From positions 64,001 to 128,000 of the forward strand of contig CAWCAG010000009.1 in assembly GCA_963793425.1 (NCBI GenBank): DNA of 64,000 nucleotides, given 5' to 3'. Below the pieces are notes generated by a model. That model had not been told where the DNA came from, did not search any database, and worked only from the letters and a program-made list of their open reading frames with translations. Position 1 is the stretch's first letter. Every line of letters starts with the position of its first letter. The stretch comes from an uncultured cyanobacterium (GTDB lineage Bacteria; Cyanobacteriota; Cyanobacteriia; Cyanobacteriales; CAWCAG01). Below, one piece after another: positions 30,043-40,277 of the stretch. The position numbers and the translations under genes are program-made.

Positions 30043-31569
30043 TTAAAACCAAACTGACTTAAAATCCTGCAAAAACCTGACAACCCCAACAAATACAGTA
30101 AAGAATTCCAAACGCCCCAGGAACATACCAACAATATGCGTCCACAACAAACCAACAGGGGCATCTGAAGCTGTAACCCCCACAGAAAGCCCTACTGTAC
30201 TCAGGCTGCTTGCATACTCAAATAAGCTGTCTTGCAAAGAGTAGCCATAGCTAGCGGTAATCAAAACCCCAATGAAATAAACTAGGAAGTATAAAAAGAC
30301 AAATAAAGCAATGTTGCGGATTAAACCATCATTGAGGAAGCGGCGCTGTTCTCCTTGCCAAAAGTCTGGTTCTGTGACAGTATTTGGGGGTAGTAACATC
30401 CGGCGCACTTCCCATAATAAGGCTCGATAAAGAGCATAGATGCGAAACTGTTTGATACCTCCAGCCGTTGCTCCTGTTCCCCCGCCAATTAACATTAAAG
30501 GAATTAAGATCAACCAGCCCAAACTATTCCAGTCACCATAACCGACAGTAGAAAAGCCGGTTGTAGAAAGGGCAGTGATAGTTTCAAAGATGGCGACTCT
30601 GATACTTTTTTGCCAAGTAGGATAAAGTTGCGTTGTTACCCCCAAAAAGAGAATTAGGGCAGACAATGGTATAACTAAGGCTTGCAGCCTAATTTCGCCG
30701 TTGCGTAGTACTGCTTTGAATTTGCCGCGCAACAACATATAGCCAGTGAGGAAATTCACTGTACCAAAAATCATCAACACAATGGTGACAGCCTCTATCG
30801 GCGCACTGTCCCAATAACCAATAGAATCAGTACGGGTAGAAAATCCCCCGGTGGAGAGGGCAGCGAAGGAATGATTAACCGCATCAAACCAACCCATACC
30901 TGCAACCCATAAAGCAATTGTTCCGACTGCTACGTAACCAGAGTAGATACTTAGAACTAGTTTAGCTGACTTGCGGACATTAGGGGCAAGTTGTTCGGTG
31001 CGTCCTTCGGCTGCGGTTAATCCTGAACCAGAAGCCCCGGTAATTGCACTTAAGGTTATGATTGCCAAACCCGCACCCCCAGCTAGTTCTATGGTACTGC
31101 GAAATAATAAAATGAGGTGAGAAGCTTGGGTGACATCCACAACAGATAATCCGGTGGTTGTCCAACCGCTAGTAGATTCAAATACGGCTTGGGTAAAAGT
31201 TAGTCCTTGGATTGTCATCAGGGGAAAAACACCAATGCCGATAGCAAGCAACCAGGAAAAGACGACAATGACAGCCCCTTCTTGCAAGGTGAGACTGTGA
31301 GTCTTTTTCGGAACAAGTTGCCACCATAGCAACCCCCCAATTATAGTCGTGATTAACCCAGGTACTAAAAACCCCCAAGCGAGGTTGATTTCTTCGGGAT
31401 AGGCGAATAGGGCGATGAGAGGGGCGATGGTAACTAAACCGGCGATCGCACAACTTAAGCCAGTGTAACCTAAGATAGCTCGATATCTTTGGCGTAAAAA
31501 TCTGCCGTAGCGCCCTTGATTTGATATGGTTGTAGACAATGTTTTGCTCCCCTTGGTATTATGAACCAA
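30043..31569 (-). CDS. trkH: TrkH family K+ uptake membrane subunit
   Basis: Four pore-loop motifs SGWTTTGLS, ALSTGGFS, ALSTTGFS, SLSTVGLS; GATAGGIK, GRLE. Confidence 0.93.
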   Translation of the reverse strand: MVHNTKGSKTLSTTISNQGRYGRFLRQRYRAILGYTGLSCAIAGLVTIAPLIALFAYPEEINLAWGFLVPGLITTIIGGLLWWQLVPKKTHSLTLQEGAVIVVFSWLLAIGIGVFPLMTIQGLTFTQAVFESTSGWTTTGLSVVDVTQASHLILLFRSTIELAGGAGLAIITLSAITGASGSGLTAAEGRTEQLAPNVRKSAKLVLSIYSGYVAVGTIALWVAGMGWFDAVNHSFAALSTGGFSTRTDSIGYWDSAPIEAVTIVLMIFGTVNFLTGYMLLRGKFKAVLRNGEIRLQALVIPLSALILFLGVTTQLYPTWQKSIRVAIFETITALSTTGFSTVGYGDWNSLGWLILIPLMLIGGGTGATAGGIKQFRIYALYRALLWEVRRMLLPPNTVTEPDFWQGEQRRFLNDGLIRNIALFVFLYFLVYFIGVLITASYGYSLQDSLFEYASSLSTVGLSVGVTASDAPVGLLWTHIVGMFLGRLEFFTVFVGVVRFLQDFKSVWF

Positions 31570-32218
31570 CTAACATTCTCATTAACTGCCCATAGTTATC
31601 TGGTTGGCTGAGCAGAATTAAACGGTCTTTTACTTTTAAACTAGTTTGACCTCCTGGTACAATGACTTCTCCCTGGCGGAGGATGCAAGCAATTAATGTT
31701 CCTGTGGGTAATTGCAATTCCTGTAGCTTTTTCCCTAATCCAGGACTGTCTTCTGTGAGGGCAACTTCTGTAACATTGACTTTGCCTTCTGCCACAGGAA
31801 GAAGGTTAGTGATTTCTTCTACACTTGTTTGCTGTTCAATTAAACTAGTAATGATTTCCGTGGCAGAAAAAGCGACGCTAATACCCAATTTTTCAAAGAT
31901 AGCGCGGTTTTCTGGATCATTGACTAAAGCAACGGTGCGAGGTACACCATACTTTTTCTGGGCAATTTGACAAGCAATTAAGTTATCTTGGTCTTGGGAA
32001 GTTAAAGACAATACCACATTAGCTTGGTAAGCCCCAGCTTCTTTGAGAGTTTGCAAGTTACTACCTTCGCCGACAATTACTGTGGCTTTTAGTTGTCGAG
32101 AGAGGGAGGTTGCTTCTGTGGAGTCGTGATTAATGATGGTCAAGTGATAACCTTTGCTAGCAAAGCGCTTTGCCAAAAAGTAAGCCAGTTTTCCACCACC
32201 AATCAAAATAATTCTCAT
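31559..32218 (-). CDS. trkA: TrkA-family RCK_N + RCK_C subunit
   Basis: IGGGKL Rossmann motif, D.DNLIAC, C-terminal IVPGG.T.L...DRL. Confidence 0.9.
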   Translation of the reverse strand: MRIILIGGGKLAYFLAKRFASKGYHLTIINHDSTEATSLSRQLKATVIVGEGSNLQTLKEAGAYQANVVLSLTSQDQDNLIACQIAQKKYGVPRTVALVNDPENRAIFEKLGISVAFSATEIITSLIEQQTSVEEITNLLPVAEGKVNVTEVALTEDSPGLGKKLQELQLPTGTLIACILRQGEVIVPGGQTSLKVKDRLILLSQPDNYGQLMRMLVGS

Positions 32219-32628
32219 TTTGTTGTTAGTTCTTGCAAAAAGGCCTCTGCTGATAGCTTGGTAGGGCTAATAGTGGCGATACCAAAATCTTGATAAATAT
32301 TTTCTCTGGCGGGGTCAAAAACTCGCGCTAAGACTGTAGAAACGTTAAATACGCTCTTGGCTACTTGGGCTACCATTAAATTAATATTATCCTGGTCTGT
32401 GACTGCTAGCAAACAATCTGCTTGGGCTACTTTAGCACGTTGCAAGACTTCTACTTCAGAAGCATCACCAACAATTTGGAAGCCACTAAATTCGCTGGTA
32501 AGACCATTAAAAGAGCCTTCTTCCGGGTCGATAACGACTACGCTGTTACCCTTGGCACTTAAGCGAGAAGCTAACAAAGCCCCTAAGCGACCGCAACCGA
32601 CTACTACTATATATTGAAATTCTGCCAT
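32215..32628 (-). CDS. TrkA-family RCK_N-only subunit
   Basis: VVGCGRLG, GD, DNINLMVAQVAK; ATGA overlap with the next gene. Confidence 0.88.
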   Translation of the reverse strand: MAEFQYIVVVGCGRLGALLASRLSAKGNSVVVIDPEEGSFNGLTSEFSGFQIVGDASEVEVLQRAKVAQADCLLAVTDQDNINLMVAQVAKSVFNVSTVLARVFDPARENIYQDFGIATISPTKLSAEAFLQELTTK

Positions 32629-32661
32629 CTTTTCAGTTGATTTTGCTTGGTAATTAGGAGG

Positions 32662-33321
32662 TTACAGTGTTGGTAGATTTTTAGAAGATCCTGTAGCACG
32701 AGAAAGATTATCCTTGGCAGGTCGGTAGCTAACATCAAGTTCACTAGCGATGCGATAATTCTTAATTCCCTCCAAGCGATCGCCTGTGGTTTCTTGCAGC
32801 ATACCTAGTAAGTTAAAGGCTTCTGGGCGAGAAGGATCTAAACCGATGGCTTTTTTCGCATGGGTAATAGCCCTAGTGAATTCCCGTTTCCTAGCCGCAT
32901 TCTCAGCAGCTTTGAAGCAAGATTCATACTCAGAAGTTTGCTTCGTTTCTGAGGTACTCTCTTCCAACATTCTATAAACTAAATCCCGCAATTCCTTCGG
33001 TGTAAAAGGTTTTTGGAGAAAATCTACAGCTCCAATTTTCATGGCTTCTACGGCATTATCTACCGTACCATGGGCAGAAATTAGAGCAATTTTAATTTCG
33101 GGATAAAGTTCCGTTGCTTTTCCTAAAAGTTCCATACCATTCATCCCTGGCATTTGTAAATCTGTGAGGATGAGGTCAAACTTTTCTGCTTGTAATTGAT
33201 ACAAAGCATCTTTCCCATCAAAGGCAGTATGAACTTTATACCCCAAAGGATCTAGGGCTTTAGCAACAGTCATACGAATGTTCTTCTCATCATCAACTAC
33301 TAAAATTTTCGCTTCAGACAT
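32662..33321 (-). CDS. Response regulator (REC + TPR, no DNA-binding domain)
   Basis: ILVVDDE, DLQMPGMNG, SAHG, KPF; C-terminal TPR (AIGLDPSRPEAFNLLG). Confidence 0.88.
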   Translation of the reverse strand: MSEAKILVVDDEKNIRMTVAKALDPLGYKVHTAFDGKDALYQLQAEKFDLILTDLQMPGMNGMELLGKATELYPEIKIALISAHGTVDNAVEAMKIGAVDFLQKPFTPKELRDLVYRMLEESTSETKQTSEYESCFKAAENAARKREFTRAITHAKKAIGLDPSRPEAFNLLGMLQETTGDRLEGIKNYRIASELDVSYRPAKDNLSRATGSSKNLPTL

Positions 33322-33350
33322 AATTTAAAACCTCCTTTATTTACTATTTA

Positions 33351-35186
33351 TTATTTATTACTTTGTTGCCCATTTCTAGCTAAATTGAAAGTAAAAGTAC
33401 TTCCTTCTCCGGGAGTAGAATCAACCCAAATTCTGCCACCATGGGCTTGAACTATTTCTTGACAAATTGCTAACCCTAAACCGCTTCCTCCGACATCTTT
33501 TTCAGTTTCTACTTGCACAAATTTATCAAAAATTTTACTTTGATATTCTAAAGGAATACCTGCACCGTCGTCACTAACACAAAAGTTTACCCAGTTGCCT
33601 TTCAAGTTTCCGGCAATCCTAATCTCTCCTCCTGGAGCTGTGTAGCGTATGGCATTGGCAATTAGGTTAGTTAGTACCCAAACTATTTTATCAGCATCTG
33701 CTTTAACTTGTGGCAGTTGAGAAGAATCTTTTTCTACTAAGGAAATTTGCTTTTCTTGTGCTTGTACCCTTAAGTACGAAATCGCTTTTTCGATGATAGT
33801 CTGTGGCTTTACAGCAGCTAGAGCCATCTCCATACGCCCTGATTCCATCTTGGAGAGATCAAGAAGTTCATTGACCAAATTTCGCAAACGTTCCACATCT
33901 TCCCCTGCCGCTTCTAAAAGTTCCATTTCTGAGGCTGAAAGTTTTTCTGCGGCTGTTTCTAAAAGGAGATTAATACTCATGGCCATGCCTGTTAAAGGAG
34001 TACGTAACTCATGGGAAGCGGTGGCCACAAATTCACTTTTAAGCTGGTCTAATTCCTTGAGTTTGGTAACATTTTGCAACAGAAGAATCACCCCTAATTG
34101 CTTACCTTCAGTTTCTGTTGTTACAGGGGTAATGTAATATTGGTAATACTCAGTTTTACCGTTACGTTCTAAGGGTAATATTGCTTCTTCTTCCTCTGCC
34201 AAAGGGGGAGATTTTCCTGTTTGAGCAGTTTTTTCTATTCTTTGGTAAAACTTTTGGTTATTAAAAACAGTCAGGAAATGATTGCCTGTAGCTAATTGAG
34301 GTTTAGTATTAATAATATTAGCAGCAGTGGGATTTATCGCCATAATCTTAAACTCAGCATCCACCACGACAATGCCATCACTAATACTATAAATAATTGC
34401 TTCATTGCGTTGCTTTTCCGCAATTACTTTGCCAACATTTAACTCATGAAAAGCTTTTAAACTTTGACTCATTGTAGTAATTCCTCTTCCCAAACTACCT
34501 AATTCATCTTGGGAACGAGGAACAATCTCTACTTCATAATCTCCTTCGGCAATACGATCAGTAGCAAGGGTCATTTCTTTTAAAGGTTTGACCAAACGAT
34601 TAGAAAGCAGCAAACTAAAAGTTAAACCCAAACCTGCTGCTGCACCACCAGCGGCTATCATAGACCAAGTAGCTTGCTCAGAAATTTCTTGCGCCCTTTC
34701 TGAAGCAACAACCATAGTTTGTTGATTCAAATCTCGCAATTTAATGCAAGTTTGACGCACTTCTTGAAAAACAGGTAGTATTTCCTCGTAATAATTAGCA
34801 GAGTCAGTTAGTTGTTGGTTTAACTCAGCAACATTAAGATAGTTTTGATAGTGCTTTTCTAAGGCTTCGAGAAGTTCTTTTTCCCCAGCAATAGTTATAT
34901 TATCTTCAGCACGGCTATACCATTGCAAAAATTCAAATTCGTTAGCTAAGAATTGTTGTTGACCCTGAGATTGATTTTCTAATAAAAACAATAAAACAGC
35001 ACTATCTTGGCGCTCAATCGCATCAATCATATTTTCCGCAGCCAGAATGCTACGGTAGTTTTCTTCTAAGATGGCTTCGCTTGCTTTACCTAAACGCCGT
35101 AGGTTAACAACCCCCCAACCACAGACTAAGATAACAAGGGTCAAAACAACGCTATAGCCAATGAGTATTTTACTTCTTAGTTTCAT
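33351..35186 (-). CDS. Sensor histidine kinase (four-helix-bundle sensor, HAMP, PAS, HisKA, HATPase)
   Basis: 2 TMs, DELGSLG HAMP, ISDGIVVVD PAS, SHELRTPL, NLIANAIRY, DDGAGI, GSGLGL. Confidence 0.93.
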   Translation of the reverse strand: MKLRSKILIGYSVVLTLVILVCGWGVVNLRRLGKASEAILEENYRSILAAENMIDAIERQDSAVLLFLLENQSQGQQQFLANEFEFLQWYSRAEDNITIAGEKELLEALEKHYQNYLNVAELNQQLTDSANYYEEILPVFQEVRQTCIKLRDLNQQTMVVASERAQEISEQATWSMIAAGGAAAGLGLTFSLLLSNRLVKPLKEMTLATDRIAEGDYEVEIVPRSQDELGSLGRGITTMSQSLKAFHELNVGKVIAEKQRNEAIIYSISDGIVVVDAEFKIMAINPTAANIINTKPQLATGNHFLTVFNNQKFYQRIEKTAQTGKSPPLAEEEEAILPLERNGKTEYYQYYITPVTTETEGKQLGVILLLQNVTKLKELDQLKSEFVATASHELRTPLTGMAMSINLLLETAAEKLSASEMELLEAAGEDVERLRNLVNELLDLSKMESGRMEMALAAVKPQTIIEKAISYLRVQAQEKQISLVEKDSSQLPQVKADADKIVWVLTNLIANAIRYTAPGGEIRIAGNLKGNWVNFCVSDDGAGIPLEYQSKIFDKFVQVETEKDVGGSGLGLAICQEIVQAHGGRIWVDSTPGEGSTFTFNLARNGQQSNK

Positions 35187-35262
35187 CTAAAATCTGGGTA
35201 CAACCTTATTAATTATAATCCCCTAACGCAGTCCCAAAAATCAGCAATATTACTTACGCTTT

Positions 35263-35742
35263 ATGAAAGAAATAGTCGAAAATGTAAAACAAATTATGGC
35301 AGAAAAAAAGCTAACATGGGCTAAGGCAACATGGGCTTATCCTATAGCACTAAAACTGCAAGAATATGACTATAATTTAGCAATTCAATGGGCAATAGAA
35401 TGTCTACAAATATATTCATCCGAGATTAAATCAGATCAACTCTCTAGGCTTGATAAATATGTTCAGCAAGCAATGGATTCACAAAATGCTTTAACTTCTT
35501 CTCAGTGTCGTGAAATCAGTAGAGAAATATGGTATCTACCTGGAAGAGAAGAGATTCAAACTGCTGTATCTCAACTTTGGGGTGCTATTTCAGAGTTCAA
35601 ATGTGGAGAAGAGCAACGTGGAGCCATGTACAGCTCTGCATCTGTTGAATTGGCATTACCTAATGAATCTGATTATGATTTGTTAGAGCAATACTTAGAA
35701 GCTGCCGTAAGAATTTGTGATGAATACCAATCACAAAATTAA
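35263..35742 (+). CDS. Hypothetical acidic all-alpha protein
   Basis: 159-aa ORF with no recognised motif. Confidence 0.6.
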   Translation: MKEIVENVKQIMAEKKLTWAKATWAYPIALKLQEYDYNLAIQWAIECLQIYSSEIKSDQLSRLDKYVQQAMDSQNALTSSQCREISREIWYLPGREEIQTAVSQLWGAISEFKCGEEQRGAMYSSASVELALPNESDYDLLEQYLEAAVRICDEYQSQN

Positions 35743-35971
35743 GAGTGCGATCGCCTAAATTAGATTATTTTTTAGAGATCGCTAATAAACATGAGCTTTA
35801 GTTGTACCACTGTAGAGTTGCTTAATATATAAGTCTTGATCATGCTACATATTAATAGAGTCAACTACTTCTTGTGCCTTGTCCTTGAGCAATTGCTATG
35901 TAAACCAAATAATAAGTAATCAAGTTCATTATTTGAATAGGAGCGAAAGGAGTTGAAACCCATGAATCATC

Positions 35972-36009
35972 CTGCGATTACCTTATCTTTCTGCGATTAC
36001 CTTATCTTT
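35972..36009. repeat. Perfect 19-bp tandem duplication
   Basis: CTGCGATTACCTTATCTTT twice. Confidence 0.9.
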
Positions 36010-36041
36010 ATTTCTACTTCCCTTAAAAAAGAATACAGTCT

Positions 36042-36072
36042 GCGTAGGCGTAAGCCCGCCTTTAGGCATCGC
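36042..36072 (-). repeat. HIP1-inserted small dispersed repeat (SDR5-like, 23 nt)
   Basis: Reverse complement is GCGAT+GCCTAAAGGCGGGCTTACGCCTA+CGC, related to 8792-8820. Confidence 0.75.
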
Positions 36073-36361
36073 TCCAAAAACTTTCTTAAAAAATTTCCTA
36101 ACAAAGAAGCGCTCAAAGCTCCTTACTTTCGTGGTAAAATAAAATTTATCATAATGGGAATATTAGTACTCAATCTTAAACGCAAATATCCCCATTATGA
36201 CATATACTTTAAAAAAATAATATCATAAAACCGGGGCAAATAAACCTAAAAATTTTCAATTTATCACCGAATTACCATCGATCAAGATTTAGGCTCTCAA
36301 AACTTGAGTAGGTGTAAAAGCAAGAGAATCATCAGATAGTTTTTCGACAAAGCTTTGATAC

Positions 36362-37009
36362 TCACCGAGAATTTAATCCTTGGTGCAAACTTGCTAACAA
36401 TTTGGGTAAATCTCCTTTAATTAAAGCTTCTTGGTCTAACCACAAACCAGAAAAATACTCACTACAAACAATGCCTTCTTCATTGGGTTTAAGTTTAATA
36501 TATTTACCTTCTCTTAACCGAAACCAATCCAATTCTCCGTCATAAACTCGCCAAACTAAATATTCTTGAACTTGATTACGTCGGTAAACTTTTAATTTAT
36601 CGTGTAAGTCAATAGAAGCAGTGCTAGCAGCGATTTCTACAATTAATTCTGGCGCACCTTCTACATAGCCTTCTTCACTAATAGTTGATTGTCCATCTTC
36701 AGTAATTCTTAGCAAAGCATCGGGTTGAGGTTCGTTTTCTGCATCAAGTCGTACCGTACAATTATCTCCTACTTCAACCTTTGGTGTCGCTGAACAATAT
36801 GTAAATAACCAACCCATAATATGAGCATGAGGTTTTCCATGTTGAGTGAATCGTAACGGGGATGCCATATAAACTATTCCTTCAATTAATTCCGCTTTTT
36901 TGACGTGAGGCATTTGTTCATAGCGCTGTTCAAATTCAAGGCGAGTAAGTTGGTCACCACTTTCTAATGGGGGAATGGTTTTTATTGATGTTAAAGTGTT
37001 TTGGGACAT
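36362..37009 (-). CDS. Uma2 family endonuclease
   Basis: PPLESGD.LTR.EF, AELIEG.V, EPQPD, GAPELIVEIA, YRRNQVQEY. Confidence 0.92.
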   Translation of the reverse strand: MSQNTLTSIKTIPPLESGDQLTRLEFEQRYEQMPHVKKAELIEGIVYMASPLRFTQHGKPHAHIMGWLFTYCSATPKVEVGDNCTVRLDAENEPQPDALLRITEDGQSTISEEGYVEGAPELIVEIAASTASIDLHDKLKVYRRNQVQEYLVWRVYDGELDWFRLREGKYIKLKPNEEGIVCSEYFSGLWLDQEALIKGDLPKLLASLHQGLNSR

Positions 37010-37109
37010 AACAAGGAATAAGAGGAGAATTAAAGCGATCGCCTCTCTATTTTAGGTGATAATAAATCTGGTTATTAAAGACCCACCTGCAAAATCCAAA
37101 GTACAAAAA

Positions 37110-37139
37110 TTCCCCCAGATTAAAGCTAATCTGAGGGAA
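37110..37139 (-). terminator. Intrinsic terminator
   Basis: TTCCCCCAGATTA/TAATCTGAGGGAA stem with a T tract on the minus strand, 25 bp after the stop. Confidence 0.7.
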
Positions 37140-37163
37140 CTGTCTTAGCTTAATAAATTACAA

Positions 37164-40100
37164 CTAATCAAGAACAGCTAAAGCACCTGCACTTGCAGAG
37201 GCGATCGCAGAAACCAAAGCAGTGAAGAAGAGCCACCAAGAGGCTGCTGCGGCTGCTTTGCGGGTTTCATCTGCTTGTCTTTGGGCCTGTAATTTTGCCT
37301 CTTCTATACGAGCAGCCGTCTGTTTTTGCAAACGCTCTGCCCTTTGTAAAACACGGTTACGAGTGCTTTCGATTTGATCGATGGTACGATTGACATCTAC
37401 TTCTGAGATGTCATCACGGGAACTCAACAGGGCAACTAAGGTCTTGCGGTCAAATTGCGAGAGGCGATCTCGCAAGGCATCAAAACCAGCTTCAGGGTCA
37501 TCAAATAAGGTAGTTACATCCCTTTTAATACCTTCGTAGTTAAGTTCAGGACGCTCTAAACTATTAAGGTAGGCGCGAATCCGCTCAAAGATGCTATCAA
37601 CAATGGATTGCAGCTTAGACTGAACCATCTTGAATTGATCAAGGAATTGATCTCGCACCTCAACAATGTTATCGACAATGCGATTAACATCTGCTTCGGA
37701 AATATCCTCCCTTTGAGATAACAACGCAACTATGGTAGAACGATCAAAAGCAGCTAACCGTTGCTGCAAACTTTGCGCTCCTAAACGAGGGTCATTCAAC
37801 AGTAATTGCAAGTCATATTTAATCCCTTCCGGACTAAGTTCCGCTTTGTCAGTAGAACGTAAATATTCTGCAACAGTACCTTGAAAGTCCTGAACTTTAG
37901 CTTGGGCGCGGTTAGCAAGGCGACGTGGTGCTTTAACCATGCTACGCAAAGTTCCCTGTACCTCGTCAATGACTTGGTTAATTTGTGCTTCATCCAGGTC
38001 ATCCCGCTGATTTAATAACTGTACCAAAGTATCACGATCCATAGTAGCTATTCGCCTTTGAATAGCTTTGCCTCCTGCTTGAGGATCGTCAAACAGTTTA
38101 GCTACATCTCGTTTAATACCTTCAGGGTTAAGTTCTGCTTTCCCTGTATTGCGTAGATAATCAGTAATAGCTGAGGTTGCCTTATCGTATTGTTCCTGAG
38201 CTTTGCCAGCTAGTTTTTTGGGACTACGACGAATACGAGTCCAATTTCTTTCTACTTGCTCGATAGTTTGGTGAACTTGCTCTTCGCTAAGGTCGTTGCG
38301 TTGGGTGAGTAACTGTGCTAAGGTATTGCGGTCAAAGCGAGAGGCACGCTGGCGCAGAGCGCTCATCCCTGCTTGCGGATCATTAAGGAGCAGTTTTAGT
38401 TCCTGTTCAATTGCCTGGGGATTTAATTCATTTTTACCCGTGTCCCGCAAATAGGATTGTACCTTACGCCACTGTTCATCAGCTTTAGCTTTTGCTGCCC
38501 CCAAGGTTTCCTGGGATTCCTGAAGAACTCGACCTTTAGCTTCTTCTAAGTGAATGATTATTTGCGCCCTTTCATAGGGTTCTAAGTCAGAACGTTGTTC
38601 TAAGATACGTTCAAAAGTAGGAAGATCAAATTGAGTAAGGCGGCTGTTAAGCTGCTCGTGGTCTGCATCTGAATCTTCTAAGATTGGCTTGAAGTTAAGC
38701 TGGATTTTTTCTGGGGTCAGTTCTTCTTTCGGAGCAGAAAGTAAGTACTGTTCCACTTCTGCTAATAAAACAATTTGCGCTTCTCGCTCCTGGGCTGCCT
38801 GGGCTGTTGCTAAAGCTTCCAAGCGAATGGATTCTAGCAAGTTGGCGATGCTCTTAACTTTGTCTTGGGTATAAAGCCCTTTTTCTTGAAGTAAATCGAC
38901 AAAATCACTTCGGCTAAATTGTTCCAATTCTTCAGCAACAGCTTCTGGATCAGCATCTGGATCGTAAATTACATCCCGAAATTCTCGCTCTACAGCTCCT
39001 GGCTTAAGCTGCCAAGAATAAGCATTAAGTATATAATTCTCAATTTCTGCTTTGACTAAGCTATCTTTTTCTTCACCGCTACTAGATGTAATTGCGCCTT
39101 TTTCCGTCAACTGGTTTTTCGCCCTACGCAATTGACCAGCAATTTTTTCAGCATCAAGGTCAGAAAGATCAGTACGTCCCATCACCATACCCACCAAGCT
39201 ATTCATGCCTGTGGTAAGAGCTTGGGAAATTGGACCTGTAGAGTCATCGCTTTCTTGGGATGTGCGACTCTGGCGCAACTCATCAACTAAATCCCCTAGC
39301 TTATTAGTAAAATCGTCTCCCACTAAGCTAGTAGGAGCAGCAGACTTAACATAATCAACTAATTCACCAAGAGGATCTCTACGTTGAGGTAATTTATCAA
39401 CGGTTTTTCGCCAAACTGATTCTAAGGTAGCTGCAAGCTTCTCTGTCTCTCGCTTAGATAAGTCACTGCGATCGCTAACTAAATCTATAAAGGTTTGTCT
39501 ATCTACGTCCCGAAGGCTATCAGCGTCAGTAATCTCTTGTAATTTAGGGTCATTAAGCAAAGATTCCATTTCTGCCCCAACCTGTTGTAAGTCTAATTGG
39601 GCAGGACGTATGGTTCCTAAATAATCTTCTAGCTTTTCTCGCACCATGTCAGGGTCAACGGCTGAAGCGAGTTCCCGACGTACTGCTGAGGCTGCTGCTT
39701 CGGCTGTAGCTACTACTTTATTGCTTGCAGCGTTCCCGCCTATAGCTGCAGCAGCAGTTCCTACTAAAGCTTGGAAGCCCGATGTAGCAGTGTTAACCAC
39801 AGAACCAACTAGGGAACCGACAGTAGTAGAACTTACCCAGACCAAAAGGCAAAAGTAAGTTGCCCAAATTACTAAACCAAGAATTGCCCCGGTTAAAGGT
39901 ACTTCTAAAAAGCTTAGTTTGACAGCTAGCAGACAAGCAAAAAATAAGGAGATAGTGACGCTAATTAAAGTTGCTAATCCTAAAGCAAAACCAATTTTGC
40001 GGATAGTGCTTCCTAAACTATCTGAGCTACCAGAATCCGAATCCGAATCTGAAGAGCCTCCTGCTAAGGAAATTCCTGTAGCAACGCCAAGGTTGGTTAA

Positions 40101-40277
40101 AAGTAGCTGGAAGGCGAAGGCTAGGACTAAACCAGCGATGAGAGCCATGAAAAACTCAGGGCCACTGAAAATCAAGGAGGCTTCTTCTGCTGTTTCTGGG
40201 TCTGGTTCCACGATTACCTGGCCCAGCCAGAAGACTAAGCTACCAATTTTAGGTAGCAACATTTCACTCTGAAACAT
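37164..40277 (-). CDS. Large membrane-anchored helical-repeat protein (conserved cyanobacterial type)
   Basis: N-terminal TMs, ~100-aa repeats YLR.TGK.EL.PEGIK.D...L..DP..G...L..R...DR.TLV.LL.QR.D, C-terminal TM. Confidence 0.8.
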   Translation of the reverse strand: MFQSEMLLPKIGSLVFWLGQVIVEPDPETAEEASLIFSGPEFFMALIAGLVLAFAFQLLLTNLGVATGISLAGGSSDSDSDSGSSDSLGSTIRKIGFALGLATLISVTISLFFACLLAVKLSFLEVPLTGAILGLVIWATYFCLLVWVSSTTVGSLVGSVVNTATSGFQALVGTAAAAIGGNAASNKVVATAEAAASAVRRELASAVDPDMVREKLEDYLGTIRPAQLDLQQVGAEMESLLNDPKLQEITDADSLRDVDRQTFIDLVSDRSDLSKRETEKLAATLESVWRKTVDKLPQRRDPLGELVDYVKSAAPTSLVGDDFTNKLGDLVDELRQSRTSQESDDSTGPISQALTTGMNSLVGMVMGRTDLSDLDAEKIAGQLRRAKNQLTEKGAITSSSGEEKDSLVKAEIENYILNAYSWQLKPGAVEREFRDVIYDPDADPEAVAEELEQFSRSDFVDLLQEKGLYTQDKVKSIANLLESIRLEALATAQAAQEREAQIVLLAEVEQYLLSAPKEELTPEKIQLNFKPILEDSDADHEQLNSRLTQFDLPTFERILEQRSDLEPYERAQIIIHLEEAKGRVLQESQETLGAAKAKADEQWRKVQSYLRDTGKNELNPQAIEQELKLLLNDPQAGMSALRQRASRFDRNTLAQLLTQRNDLSEEQVHQTIEQVERNWTRIRRSPKKLAGKAQEQYDKATSAITDYLRNTGKAELNPEGIKRDVAKLFDDPQAGGKAIQRRIATMDRDTLVQLLNQRDDLDEAQINQVIDEVQGTLRSMVKAPRRLANRAQAKVQDFQGTVAEYLRSTDKAELSPEGIKYDLQLLLNDPRLGAQSLQQRLAAFDRSTIVALLSQREDISEADVNRIVDNIVEVRDQFLDQFKMVQSKLQSIVDSIFERIRAYLNSLERPELNYEGIKRDVTTLFDDPEAGFDALRDRLSQFDRKTLVALLSSRDDISEVDVNRTIDQIESTRNRVLQRAERLQKQTAARIEEAKLQAQRQADETRKAAAAASWWLFFTALVSAIASASAGALAVLD

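Noticed and set aside
35953..36228. 91-aa ORF
   Set aside because: TTG start, built from a tandem duplication and a dispersed repeat; low-complexity K/F-rich translation
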